Part shown: piece after piece, positions 33,801-42,057 of the stretch | Position numbering within the stretch: position 1 is the stretch's first letter | Layout: every line of letters begins with the position of its first letter | Source: a virus | Strand: one strand, 5' to 3' | Length of the DNA stretch: 64,000 nt | IMG/VR virus record: IMGVR_UViG_3300018757_000030 | The notes under the pieces: generated by a model | Database searches by the model: none | What the model was told of the DNA's origin: nothing | The model's input: the letters and a program-made list of their open reading frames with translations, nothing else | Translations under genes and position numbers: made by a program

Positions 33801-35521
33801 AGAGCCAGCGCAGCCGCTATGGCCCCTCCAATTGCTATAAACGACTTCGCAGATGGCGATAAATCATTGAATCTATCCACCAGCTTCTGCACCCATGAAC
33901 TAATGGTACGAATTGCAGGTACAAGTGCATCCCCGATTGAAATCTGAGCGGTCTCCATAGAGCCGTTCAATTCCTCAACCGCACCCTTGAGTGTGTCCAT
34001 CTTTTGTTTAGCGACATCAGCAGCGGAGATTTTGCCCATAGCTGTTGCCATCGTATTGACACCCTCAGCGCCTTCTTTAAACAAGATATTCGCCGCCCGG
34101 ATAGCGTCAGATCCAAACATGGTGTTCATGGCAACCAGACGCTGCTCACTATTCAAATGGGACATGGAATCTTGCAGGATCCCACTGATTTCTGCCATGC
34201 CCTTTAAATCACCATTAGCGTCATAAAACACTGAAGATAAAGCGCCCACTTGGAATGCCATATCTCTAAATGCTTTATTTGCTTTGTCTGTTCCGACTTT
34301 AGCACCTACAGATTTGGCGGCGTATGTCATGAGGGCATCAACGACATCTTTAGTTTGTGTGGACGCTGGCTTAATCCCGTTTTTAGTGAGGTATTCCAAT
34401 GCGTCCGCTGTTTGGAATGATATCAATCCCAACTCATCGAACTGCTCGTATGCTTCTGTTGTCGTTGGGGTGAGTCTGGTGAGCATGGTTTTAAGAGATG
34501 TACCAGCATCTGAACCTTTAAGGCCATTCTGAGCGAACACCGCAAGCGCCGTGGCTGTATCTTCAAATGACAGACCCACTGAACTTGCAACAGCAGAAAC
34601 CTGTGATAAACCGAATTTCAGCTCGCTGACCGATGTTGCAGAGGCATTAGCGGCACCGGCTAGGATGTCTGCTGCCTTGTTAACGTCAAGCGCGTCATCC
34701 CGGAATGCGTTTAGAGCGGTGGAGGCAATTTCAGCAGCGTCCGCTAGTTCCAGTTCTCCGGCAGTTGCGAGGGACAAAGCGCCGGACAAACCACCAGACA
34801 TAATATCCTCGACACTAACGCCAGCCTTCACCAGTTCCTCGATACCTTGGGCGGCTTCTGTGGCGCTGTATTTGGTGTCAGAGCCCATCGTAATGGCTAA
34901 CTGTTCCAATTCATCACGGAACCTTGCAACCTCATCTGGAGCCATAACTGAGTAGGCGTTGGCCATGCCCTGTTCAAAGTCTGCCGCTTTATTGACGGCA
35001 ACACCCAGGCCAGCAGCGATTCCGGCACCTACAACCGTTATTCCAGCCCCAACATTTTTAAGCTGGTCAGATAGATTCCCTACGGATTGCCTAGCCTGAT
35101 CCATCGAATCATTCCATGCTCTCTGTAGAGATGACAATTCCTTTTCTTGCGTATTTAGTTGGGAATTGGTCTGCTTTAATTCGGATTCCAGCTTACTGTA
35201 TTCAGCCTGGGCCTTGTTAAGCTTGACCGCAAGGTTTTGGGTCTGTTGAGCATCTAACCCTTTTTCCCGGGCCGCTTTTTGAAACGCTTGATTCAGGTTG
35301 TTGATTTTTTGCTGCTGCAACTGCATTTGCTGGCTGAGGCTTGAAGCTTTTGCATTCAATAGGTCTTCTTCTCGCCCGTATCCCTGTAACGCACTAGATG
35401 CTTTTTGGAATTCAGATTGTACGATTTGCATCTGTCGGTTGATTTGCGCCATCGACTTGTTCAAGCCGGTATCATCAAAAGATATTCGGGCGACAAGATC
35501 GCCCACTTCGATATCTGCCAT
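30842..35521 (-). CDS. Tail tape measure protein (TP901 family)
   Basis: 1559 aa; TKYSATEAAQGIEELVKAG, GLKGSDAGTSLK, repeated SPS..G...GL motifs. Confidence 0.95.
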   Translation of the reverse strand: MADIEVGDLVARISFDDTGLNKSMAQINRQMQIVQSEFQKASSALQGYGREEDLLNAKASSLSQQMQLQQQKINNLNQAFQKAAREKGLDAQQTQNLAVKLNKAQAEYSKLESELKQTNSQLNTQEKELSSLQRAWNDSMDQARQSVGNLSDQLKNVGAGITVVGAGIAAGLGVAVNKAADFEQGMANAYSVMAPDEVARFRDELEQLAITMGSDTKYSATEAAQGIEELVKAGVSVEDIMSGGLSGALSLATAGELELADAAEIASTALNAFRDDALDVNKAADILAGAANASATSVSELKFGLSQVSAVASSVGLSFEDTATALAVFAQNGLKGSDAGTSLKTMLTRLTPTTTEAYEQFDELGLISFQTADALEYLTKNGIKPASTQTKDVVDALMTYAAKSVGAKVGTDKANKAFRDMAFQVGALSSVFYDANGDLKGMAEISGILQDSMSHLNSEQRLVAMNTMFGSDAIRAANILFKEGAEGVNTMATAMGKISAADVAKQKMDTLKGAVEELNGSMETAQISIGDALVPAIRTISSWVQKLVDRFNDLSPSAKSFIAIGGAIAAALALIIGPITLLIGFLPQIAAGFAMLAPALGPILAITAGIAGLVAGGVALYNHLNKESIPEIQRFGKEVSASTQKAVGGFLDLNDQATMALNQLQWSGQTVTAQTAQSIITTFSQMGDQVLTAMKEDHAAQLQEMTNFYTSTSVLTEQEEQAALAKMKEYQTAQTTAIQEGQARIKEIMETAKAEKRAITDAERNEINKIQQEMVKTGIKHMSENELEQKAILERMRQNASALSARQAAEVVKNSVKQRDETIKAAEEQYNDVVKEIIRQRDEVGSITKEQADKLIAEAKKQRDGAVKHAQSMHNDVLKEAKAQAGEHVNQVDWETGNILTKWQTFVNKVKEKWQQLKQWAANIFGDLFKTINNKTEEIKTSVVNKWNDIVNFFKNIDLKKIGADIMNGLKNGIKSKTQELYQEAINISSKIGKAIRDFFNIKSPSRLMMGYGEYISEGLAIGIADSGKEAIKAAEDVAKGTSDGIRKTLQINSPSKVTKKLGEETGEGLSVGLKNKKKSVKKSAEELAKAAFDASKKWIDDRKYYNELSLEQELKVWQKISQKYKAGTEQRKQADREVYRIKQELIKAEQEAEKKAFDQSKTWIESKKELNKLSLAEELAAWERLTARQKEGSAERAEAEKQVMRVRQTIYTELKAASDDYLAKVKQVNENVAAEEQRLNEVYEQAVENRAKSIYSFAGLFDEVAQKAEVSGQQLVENLKGQVETITEWSETLNLLGKRGLDDGLMSELREMGPKAAAEIMVLNSLTDAELTEYQNLWRTKNQMARTQAVRELEGLRVDTLLQIKDLNVKAAAELDVLQKEFTDRVKKIRSGTKNEFNAMTASMPEIGREIINGLMSGIDEMAGPLKNKVSQLSKSISNTIKNTLKIKSPSRVTMGLGEFVSEGLAVGIENAQGLAVKSAKNLSGAVANAMATDAAKVAVSTSGAAAQQAATNHNVNMYGLFAGANIHIREDNDIRKLAQQIGSLTTGNTRGLGGAPA

Positions 35522-35532
35522 TATCTCACCCC

Positions 35533-35724
35533 TTACAACCAGCTCACGCTATCAACAGGAACTGTTTTTTCGTTCTTCTCATGGCTTGAATGCCGAAGCA
35601 ATTCAAAATAAAAAACGATGTCCATTCCGTCGATATCCGGCAATGTCCACCCTTGTTTGAGCAGGTTTAAATAAAGATCCTTAGTTGAATCGAGCGGATC
35701 ACCGTCCGCCCCTTCTAGTTTGGG
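35533..35724 (-). CDS. Tail chaperone C-terminal extension (gpT-like), reached by -1 frameshift
   Basis: No SD-led start; LKQGWTLPDIDGMDIVFYFELL; in the -1 frame of the TAC. Confidence 0.75.
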   Translation of the reverse strand, partial: PKLEGADGDPLDSTKDLYLNLLKQGWTLPDIDGMDIVFYFELLRHSSHEKNEKTVPVDSVSWL

Positions 35725-36029
35725 TCCGTTACACCTGCGGCCTGGGTCACTTGACCTGTAACTTCTTGAATGCAACCCATGATCGTACTGATCAACTCTT
35801 TGGCTTGAACACCGTCATAAAACTCATCGATTGTAAATTGCTTACCGAACAGATCCACTACGTAATTAACAAGAGCATCAATGTGAGTTTCATCAATGAC
35901 GTTTTTACCTTGTTCATTTACTTGAAATAGCTTTTGGATTTCGATCGTTTTGCGGAACATCCGCCCGCTAATAAAGTCCTGTGTGTATGTTTTGAATTCA
36001 TTTTCTTTGCGAAGTTCAATCTTCAACAT
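35715..36029 (-). CDS. Tail assembly chaperone (gpG-like)
   Basis: FISGRMFRK, VVDLFGKQFTIDEFYDG; between the MTP and TMP. Confidence 0.85.
   Translation of the reverse strand: MLKIELRKENEFKTYTQDFISGRMFRKTIEIQKLFQVNEQGKNVIDETHIDALVNYVVDLFGKQFTIDEFYDGVQAKELISTIMGCIQEVTGQVTQAAGVTDPN
35718..35724 (-). other. -1 slippery heptamer C CCA AAC
   Basis: Directly before the TAC stop; followed after 6 nt by hairpin GGGCGGA-CGGTGA-TCCGCTC. Confidence 0.75.
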
Positions 36030-36044
36030 AATTTAGCCTCCTTT

Positions 36045-36072
36045 AAATTAAAGAGCGGCCCGAAGGCCGCTA
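36045..36072 (-). terminator. Terminator after the major tail gene
   Basis: AGCGGCC-TTCG-GGCCGCT then CTTTAATTT. Confidence 0.65.
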
Positions 36073-36074
36073 CA

Positions 36075-36647
36075 TTATGGTGTAGGTACTGGTGTTTCGT
36101 ATACTGCTGTGAACCAATTCTTAGTGACATCTGCGCCTACTCCGGTACCGTCCTCGTCTACGCTCGCTTTCCACTGATTGTCTTTTTGACGTGGAACAAA
36201 CAGGCCGGTGATCGTTGGTGTTTGATAGGTTGGAGTATCCTCTTTCGTTTGGAACTCCTCCTCGTTCGGCTGGAACTTACCTTTGTAGTACCAGAAGTAA
36301 CGGTATTTTCCGTTGGATTTCCGGCTGCGCCATCCAAGCGCGACATACGGTGCGTTGTCAGTGGACGATTGAATTAACACGCCGTTGGAGTCTGTTGCCG
36401 CACCAAGTAGATCCTTCAAAATCTCCGGCGTAAGGTCCTTTGGATTGATCTCGATTTCGATATCACCCATGCTTGTTGCTACTTCGTCAGCTTGGTCATC
36501 AGCGTACAGCGTGGTGCTGTTCGTTGTAGGCGATACAGTCGCCGTGATAGCTCCTGGAATTCGTTTAGGCGTGTCGTAAGTCTCCAATGTCTCATCTGTC
36601 ATAATGGCGTAGTAAATACTATCCATACCAATGCGTACTCCTGCCAT
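36075..36647 (-). CDS. Major tail protein (phi13 family)
   Basis: IG...YYA, LYADDQ, APYVALGW, YFWYYKGKF, YQTPTITG.F.PR. Confidence 0.92.
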   Translation of the reverse strand: MAGVRIGMDSIYYAIMTDETLETYDTPKRIPGAITATVSPTTNSTTLYADDQADEVATSMGDIEIEINPKDLTPEILKDLLGAATDSNGVLIQSSTDNAPYVALGWRSRKSNGKYRYFWYYKGKFQPNEEEFQTKEDTPTYQTPTITGLFVPRQKDNQWKASVDEDGTGVGADVTKNWFTAVYETPVPTP

Positions 36648-36648
36648 G

Positions 36649-37014
36649 TTAACCCTCCTCAAATGTGCGCCGATATCTCAGCGCCTTGTGATAGATTTGT
36701 GTGTCCGGCTCAAATAAATCAGCACCCCCGTAACGGCTGTACTCAAGTTGTCGCATCGTGCGATCAACCTCGCCGCTAATTTCGGAGGTGCTGCCTTTGG
36801 ACCAAACATCTATTTGAACGAAAACTTCAGATGCGTACACTTCGTTATCTGCGAACTGACTATCTGAGTTTTCGATTTCAAAAAATGTGATTCGTGGATA
36901 TTCCGTTGCGTTTGGTGCGGCCAATTGATAAACTCGTTGGCCTCCTAGCAACGATACAAGCCGTTGATTTGCAATCAAGGCATTTCGTATCTCTACTTTG
37001 ACATCAGTCTTCAT
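36649..37014 (-). CDS. Tail terminator / completion protein
   Basis: YPRITFFE, FVQIDVWSK, DLFEPDTQIYHKALRY. Confidence 0.85.
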   Translation of the reverse strand: MKTDVKVEIRNALIANQRLVSLLGGQRVYQLAAPNATEYPRITFFEIENSDSQFADNEVYASEVFVQIDVWSKGSTSEISGEVDRTMRQLEYSRYGGADLFEPDTQIYHKALRYRRTFEEG

Positions 37015-37406
37015 TTCGACCTCAGTCCCTTTCCTAGTTCTTCAGCTATTGCTTCCAATGCCTCTCGGCGTTTAGCGATAAATGCCGGGGTGATATAAGG
37101 TGTTGCTGGCATTTTACTTGTCCCGAATTCCGGAAAGTGCGCACGCCAAGAAACGCGCTTATTAGGCCCCACAAGCACGTATTTAACGCCGTCTTTACGC
37201 CTTACATTGGTGACGACAATGTTATCCCTTAGATGGACCTTGTCGAAGCTAGAATAAGGCGCACGTTCGCGCATATCCTCAGCCATAACCTCGCCGCCAG
37301 CCTTTAAAGCTTTACTCTCTACTCGTTTTGAAGCAGCTTCACTCCGCCGCCGCAACTCTGATAGCAGTTGATCGATACCCTGCAACTGGATTTCGCGTCT
37401 AGCCAT
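37011..37406 (-). CDS. HK97 gp10-like neck protein
   Basis: ALKAGGEV, HLRDNI, HFPEFGTSKMPA.PYI.PA. Confidence 0.88.
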   Translation of the reverse strand: MARREIQLQGIDQLLSELRRRSEAASKRVESKALKAGGEVMAEDMRERAPYSSFDKVHLRDNIVVTNVRRKDGVKYVLVGPNKRVSWRAHFPEFGTSKMPATPYITPAFIAKRREALEAIAEELGKGLRSK

Positions 37407-37740
37407 CTTCCAACATCTCCGCAATTATTTGTGTAACGGTTCTATCGCTATTGATATCATCCATGACCGTGATGATTTCTAGCGTTTTCCCATCATCAAT
37501 AACACGCATTTTGGGGAGAACATCCTTCCGATAACGGATTCTGTACTGAATGCGCTTCTCGGCATTGATTGCGGCTGCCTGAAAGTATTCTCTTGCACCG
37601 GTTGCGGCGTAGCTCTTAGCGGCCCACACCGTTCCCAAGGGGACCCAATCCTTTCGGGCAATGCCTTCGTCATCGACATCCACCGTTGTGTAATGTTGGA
37701 TGGTGATTCGACGATTCAGATCGTTTACGAAAGGCTTCAT
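37399..37740 (-). CDS. Head closure / head-tail adaptor (SPP1 gp16-like)
   Basis: LNRRITIQ, W..LGTVWA, RIRYR, MRV, LEI. Confidence 0.88.
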   Translation of the reverse strand: MKPFVNDLNRRITIQHYTTVDVDDEGIARKDWVPLGTVWAAKSYAATGAREYFQAAAINAEKRIQYRIRYRKDVLPKMRVIDDGKTLEIITVMDDINSDRTVTQIIAEMLEDG

Positions 37741-38369
37741 GTCGAAATAATCCCAGCCGTCCGAAGTTTAGCCAGAAGCGCATTGAAATCAGCGACCAGA
37801 CCAGCCACATCAGTAGCCGTACTGTCGGCTTGTGCTGCTGCTTTGGAAGCTGTTAATTTGGCTGCAAGATCGGTAGTCAGGTTGGTGATCTTCGCCTGTG
37901 GCAACGTTGGGATGCGCGCCGCATCAAAAGTTCCAGCGTTAATGGCTGAGGCGTTATACGTCTTGGTGTCTACGTATTTCTTGTTCGCCGCATCGTTATC
38001 TGCTTGCGGATCCGCCACAGCCAATTGTCCGCCAAACTGATACATGGCGAGATGGTCGGCAGTTGGTGTTTGTTCATAAGGAACAATGCCCAATACCTTT
38101 CCTTCCAAAGTTGTGCCGATAACCATCTTCGGGATTAAGGTGGCCGGAACATCCACTTTAGGTTTGGCAAGTTTATCGTCAGTGACCGCACCAGTCGCAA
38201 TTTTAGCCGTGGTAATGCTTCCGTCTGGGATATCAACACCCGATCCATCACCTCCAACTACCGGCTGACCATCCTTAGTGATAACACCGTCTCCGACAAG
38301 TTGAATTTCTCCCCCGATGACCCATGTGTCACCGTTTTGCAAAAAGTTCTTAGCGCTTGATCCTGACAC
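37737..38369 (-). CDS. Head fibre / decoration protein
   Basis: KNFLQNGDTWVIGGEI N-terminus; C-terminal AAQADSTATDVAGLVADFNALLAKLRTAGII. Confidence 0.75.
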   Translation of the reverse strand: MSGSSAKNFLQNGDTWVIGGEIQLVGDGVITKDGQPVVGGDGSGVDIPDGSITTAKIATGAVTDDKLAKPKVDVPATLIPKMVIGTTLEGKVLGIVPYEQTPTADHLAMYQFGGQLAVADPQADNDAANKKYVDTKTYNASAINAGTFDAARIPTLPQAKITNLTTDLAAKLTASKAAAQADSTATDVAGLVADFNALLAKLRTAGIIST

Positions 38370-38370
38370 G

Positions 38371-38670
38371 CTACCCCTCCTCGTATTCTGGCGGCCCGTA
38401 GGCGTTTTGTAGTTGTGTCATAATGGACTGACAAGTAAAACGCACTTTATCACTCGGCTGTGAGCCGATTAACTCCCTGTTTTCGTACCAATCAGCACAT
38501 AAAACCAAGCAAAACAGCTTGGCGAGTTGATTTGTAGAGTCGAATTGGACCTCAACGGCGTTGTGAAGGTACGTTTCAGCAGCCCTCATGAGGGTCTGGA
38601 TTACAGCATCTTCAACATTTCCGTCTACTCGCAGCCATAATTTCGTTTCATCAAGCGTCAGAATCGCCAT
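38371..38670 (-). CDS. Head-tail connector (gp6-like)
   Basis: LTLDETKLWLRVD..ED..I..L..AAE.Y, ADWYENRE. Confidence 0.92.
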   Translation of the reverse strand: MAILTLDETKLWLRVDGNVEDAVIQTLMRAAETYLHNAVEVQFDSTNQLAKLFCLVLCADWYENRELIGSQPSDKVRFTCQSIMTQLQNAYGPPEYEEG

Positions 38671-38857
38671 CAGAATTCACGTCTTTCTTGCGCCGTTTTT
38701 TGTGATTTTCCGGCTCTTCCTCAATCACAGCATCCAAATAACCCTGTTTTACAAGGAATTTGACACGTTCTTTGTTATCTTCCGGATAATCCTGACCGAC
38801 ATAATAGATTTTGTCATCGTGATACTTTTCTCTGAATGTTTGGATAACCTTAGCCAC
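38651..38857 (-). CDS. Small protein following the capsid gene
   Basis: VIQTFREK..Y.VGQDYP..ERVKFL..GY; GTG after SD ggaggtg. Confidence 0.7.
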   Translation of the reverse strand: MAKVIQTFREKYHDDKIYYVGQDYPEDNKERVKFLVKQGYLDAVIEEEPENHKKRRKKDVNSDGDSDA

Positions 38858-38874
38858 AATCTCACCTCCAATAG

Positions 38875-38900
38875 AAAAGGAGGCTGACGAATCAGCCCCC
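38875..38900 (-). terminator. Terminator after the capsid gene
   Basis: GGCTGA-TTCG-TCAGCC then TCCTTTT. Confidence 0.65.
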
Positions 38901-38911
38901 AATCATCATTT

Positions 38912-40099
38912 TTATGGTGTTGGTGTAATGTCCAGTTGACCGAATACAGCAGCTTTAGCGTCCCACTTCACATAATCATCACGCATAATGGTACGAAGCT
39001 CTGTGGTATCGCGTCTCCACGCATCGCCACCCTCACGAGTGGAAGCCAACTCGAAGAATTGACGGTTAAACAGCACCATGAACTGCTTCAGGTTACCGAT
39101 GACCAGCGGTGCATTGGTACCATCAGAAGGCAAGTTGCGGTTAGATACGACCGCAATTGGACGGCCTTTGAAAAGCTTACGTCCTGGTTGCGTGAAGTCA
39201 TCCATCAGGATCGGACGGCCCATGCCATCAACTTGGTTGTCCAGCCAGTTGAAGCCGTCTTGGTTCGTCAAGATAACCGAGCTGCGGCTGATTGCCGGAT
39301 CCAAATCAACGTTAAGTACAGAGTTGATTGCCTTCAGATCAGCAAGTGCTTTAGGTGTCAGAGTCTTCAGGAGCGCCAAGATATGCGTATTGCGCGTGTG
39401 TGCTGCCTTACGAGCAATCCAGTTGGTTACATAACCAAGCAGGTTCGCATCGTTATCCTGAAGCAACTCATTTGTCAGCGGCAGGTAACCGGCGCGTTTC
39501 TTGACTTTATAGCTGATCGGAGTAAATTTAGGGTTGTCCGTTTCTTGGATATTCCCGTACTCATCTACATCAGCAAATGGCGTCATGTCCGCATCTGTTT
39601 CAAGAACGCGGGAGCCGGACAAGGTTGTAACGTTCTCCACCGTTACGTATTGGGAAAGGTCGTTCCAGTCACGCATCAATTCGTTGATACGAGTCTGGAT
39701 GTCTTGTGGAACCACAATACCCGAATCACCGTCCGGAATGGCTGGGTTCGTGCCACCTTCATTCATGACAGCCCGTTTTTCGTAATCACGGATTACGGAA
39801 CGCTGTTCTTCCGTGATTCTCTTACGGCGAATACCTTGAAGGAAGATGCTGCGGTATTCCGCTTCAAGCTCCTTCATGTCGCGCTCTTCACCTTGACCGC
39901 CTTCTCTGTGTTCTCTACCGCCAAAGTCGCGGTTTTCTACTTCATCCAGTTCCTTTTGCATGTCAACTTTTTCTTGGAGACTGCGGACTTCTGCGAGCAT
40001 TTTCTTTGCCTCATCAGTCTTGTCTTCCATAAGCAAACTTCTCGCTTCTTGTTTTGCATTATCCAATTTTTGGAGCAAAGCACGCAATTCTTTAGTCAT
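38912..40099 (-). CDS. Major capsid protein, HK97 fold
   Basis: Coiled-coil delta domain, GIVVPQDIQT.INEL, YKVKKRAGYLPLTNELLQD, VIGNLK; start moved to ATG 40099. Confidence 0.95.
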   Translation of the reverse strand: MTKELRALLQKLDNAKQEARSLLMEDKTDEAKKMLAEVRSLQEKVDMQKELDEVENRDFGGREHREGGQGEERDMKELEAEYRSIFLQGIRRKRITEEQRSVIRDYEKRAVMNEGGTNPAIPDGDSGIVVPQDIQTRINELMRDWNDLSQYVTVENVTTLSGSRVLETDADMTPFADVDEYGNIQETDNPKFTPISYKVKKRAGYLPLTNELLQDNDANLLGYVTNWIARKAAHTRNTHILALLKTLTPKALADLKAINSVLNVDLDPAISRSSVILTNQDGFNWLDNQVDGMGRPILMDDFTQPGRKLFKGRPIAVVSNRNLPSDGTNAPLVIGNLKQFMVLFNRQFFELASTREGGDAWRRDTTELRTIMRDDYVKWDAKAAVFGQLDITPTP

Positions 40100-40137
40100 T
40101 TGGATACCTCCGTGGTTTATTTGGGAAATAAAAAAAC

Positions 40138-40770
40138 TCAACCGTAAAGGTCGAGCTCTAGAAGCATTTTTTCAGTTTCATACTTTTCGGCAGCACGTTT
40201 TTCCGAAGCTTTAAATTCCTCTAAGGATCTCGCTGCCACTTCATTCGCAGGGTATGCCGGGAAAGCCACAGGACTAATCTCGTACAACTCCGCATTAAGG
40301 ATGTTCCTGCGGTATAGACGACCGTCATCGCGCTTTTCGCTTGACCATTGTTCCTTGGTCACCTTCATCCCAAAGCTAACACCATCAACATCGCCGCGCT
40401 GGATCAGCTCCCAAGCGTCATTTCCAACGGTTGTGTTCGGGATATCGAGTTCAAACCGCAACTCGTTTTCCATATTGGTCAACCGCAACGTTCCCGACTT
40501 GGTATTTCCGAGCACTTGGCTTGTATCATGGCTCCACAAACCAATGACGTTACGGCTTGCAAGACTGTCTTTAAAGGCCTCTTTGTCGATTGTCTCAACA
40601 AATGTATCGCCCCAATAGTCGCGCATCTCTGCGCTTTCTGTGTTGTACTTTATAGCCCCGGTGATGGTCCGTTGCCCTTCCTCACCTTCACTCGCTCTCA
40701 CTTCCAACGTCACCGGCAGTGCTCGAATCTCCTTCTGATTCGTCAGCGTCTTCTCCTTGTCCAGTTCCAT
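40138..40770 (-). CDS. Prohead protease, HK97 family
   Basis: FVETI..AF, LWSHD..VLG, RGDVDGVSFG, LYEISPVAFPAY. Confidence 0.93.
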   Translation of the reverse strand: MELDKEKTLTNQKEIRALPVTLEVRASEGEEGQRTITGAIKYNTESAEMRDYWGDTFVETIDKEAFKDSLASRNVIGLWSHDTSQVLGNTKSGTLRLTNMENELRFELDIPNTTVGNDAWELIQRGDVDGVSFGMKVTKEQWSSEKRDDGRLYRRNILNAELYEISPVAFPAYPANEVAARSLEEFKASEKRAAEKYETEKMLLELDLYG

Positions 40771-42034
40771 CACCCCCTTTCCTGGCGTAAGCAATGCCTG
40801 CCTGTGAGATTGGTACGTAGCTACCGTTTACGAGCAGCTCGTCACCGCCTTCTGCTGGCGGCAGATTCTCCTTGGCCCTTGCTTCATTCGCCTTCAAGAA
40901 ACCGCCTTGTACGCCGATTCTGTACGCCTCGTAACGTGTTTTGAGGTCGGCTCGTAGGATCGCATCAATATTGAACCTAAAAAAATACCCTTCTTGGATT
41001 TCCTCATCCAACAAGAGCTTGTAAGTCAACTCCTGTTCATACATGGTGAGGATTGGTTGAAGGGTATCTGTATAGAATTCGTTTTGCTGTTCTGCAACGT
41101 TGGTGTGCGTTGCTCTTGTCAAATCATTGAGTTGATGCATCTTAATTCCGAACGCCGCCGCAATCTGCCGGATGGTCAACTGGTTATTCTCCAGAAATTG
41201 AGCGTCATGCATGCTTATTGAGATCGGTTGGAACTGATATCCCACCGGCAAAAGGGCTATCCGGTGACTATTGTTAAGGCCGGATGACATGGCTTCAAAC
41301 TTTTCACGGAAATTCCGCTTGGCCTTTTCGTCCAGATCGCCAACATACTGCACAAGCCCTTTTACTTGAAGCCCCTGCTTGTAGAAGTTGTTAACGAATT
41401 TGCTTGCGGAAGCACCGTTCTCAAGCGTACCTTTTAGGCAGTCCAACGGAGAAAGTCCAACGAGTCCGTCAAGAGTTACGCCGCCTTTGAAGTGAAGGAC
41501 CTCATCCGCTTTCAGTTTCCGTTGTTCATATCCTAAATCGACCTTATAAGCCACATGCGATCGAGGCATTGCTATGCCGCTCAGGGATGTATCATCATCA
41601 ACCACTATTTTCACTCGGCCTGTGTCCATAGGCCATAATCCAACGACGTTGCCTTTACGGTCAAACTCAATGTTTGCATAAGCATTACCATACAAGCAGT
41701 TTTGCGCCTCAATTACCTTCCAGAAGTCAAAAGCACTCATGTATGGATTCGGTCTAAGCTTCAGCAGTTGGTAAATCTGGTGTCTCTTTTGGCTTTGAAC
41801 CCCTGATTCATCCTCTTGGTACACTTTAAGAGGCAATTTGGCGACCGATTCACTGCGGATCCGCACGCAAGCATAGACTGTATCGATTTTAAGAGCGCTC
41901 TTTCCTTTGACATTGATATCATCCAAATCAATCCCAAGGACCTCTAGCAATCGCTTGTCGTCCACATTCAGCTCTAGCGTCTCGCGTTTTTCCTTGATGC
42001 CAAACATTCGCTTTGTGTAGTCTATGATTTTCAC
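40688..42034 (-). CDS. Portal protein, HK97 family
   Basis: TVYACVRIRSESVAKLPL, LRPNPYM, GNAY, DEVLHFK, IAAAFG.P-like IAAAFGIK, NEARAKENLPP. Confidence 0.95.
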   Translation of the reverse strand: MKIIDYTKRMFGIKEKRETLELNVDDKRLLEVLGIDLDDINVKGKSALKIDTVYACVRIRSESVAKLPLKVYQEDESGVQSQKRHQIYQLLKLRPNPYMSAFDFWKVIEAQNCLYGNAYANIEFDRKGNVVGLWPMDTGRVKIVVDDDTSLSGIAMPRSHVAYKVDLGYEQRKLKADEVLHFKGGVTLDGLVGLSPLDCLKGTLENGASASKFVNNFYKQGLQVKGLVQYVGDLDEKAKRNFREKFEAMSSGLNNSHRIALLPVGYQFQPISISMHDAQFLENNQLTIRQIAAAFGIKMHQLNDLTRATHTNVAEQQNEFYTDTLQPILTMYEQELTYKLLLDEEIQEGYFFRFNIDAILRADLKTRYEAYRIGVQGGFLKANEARAKENLPPAEGGDELLVNGSYVPISQAGIAYARKGGDGTGQGEDADESEGDSSTAGDVGSESE

Positions 42035-42057
42035 ATTCACACCTCCTCCCCTCATAG

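Noticed and set aside
38936-40147. 403-aa + strand ORF opposite the capsid gene
   Set aside because: Exact antisense shadow of the MCP, no SD or promoter, non-protein-like composition.
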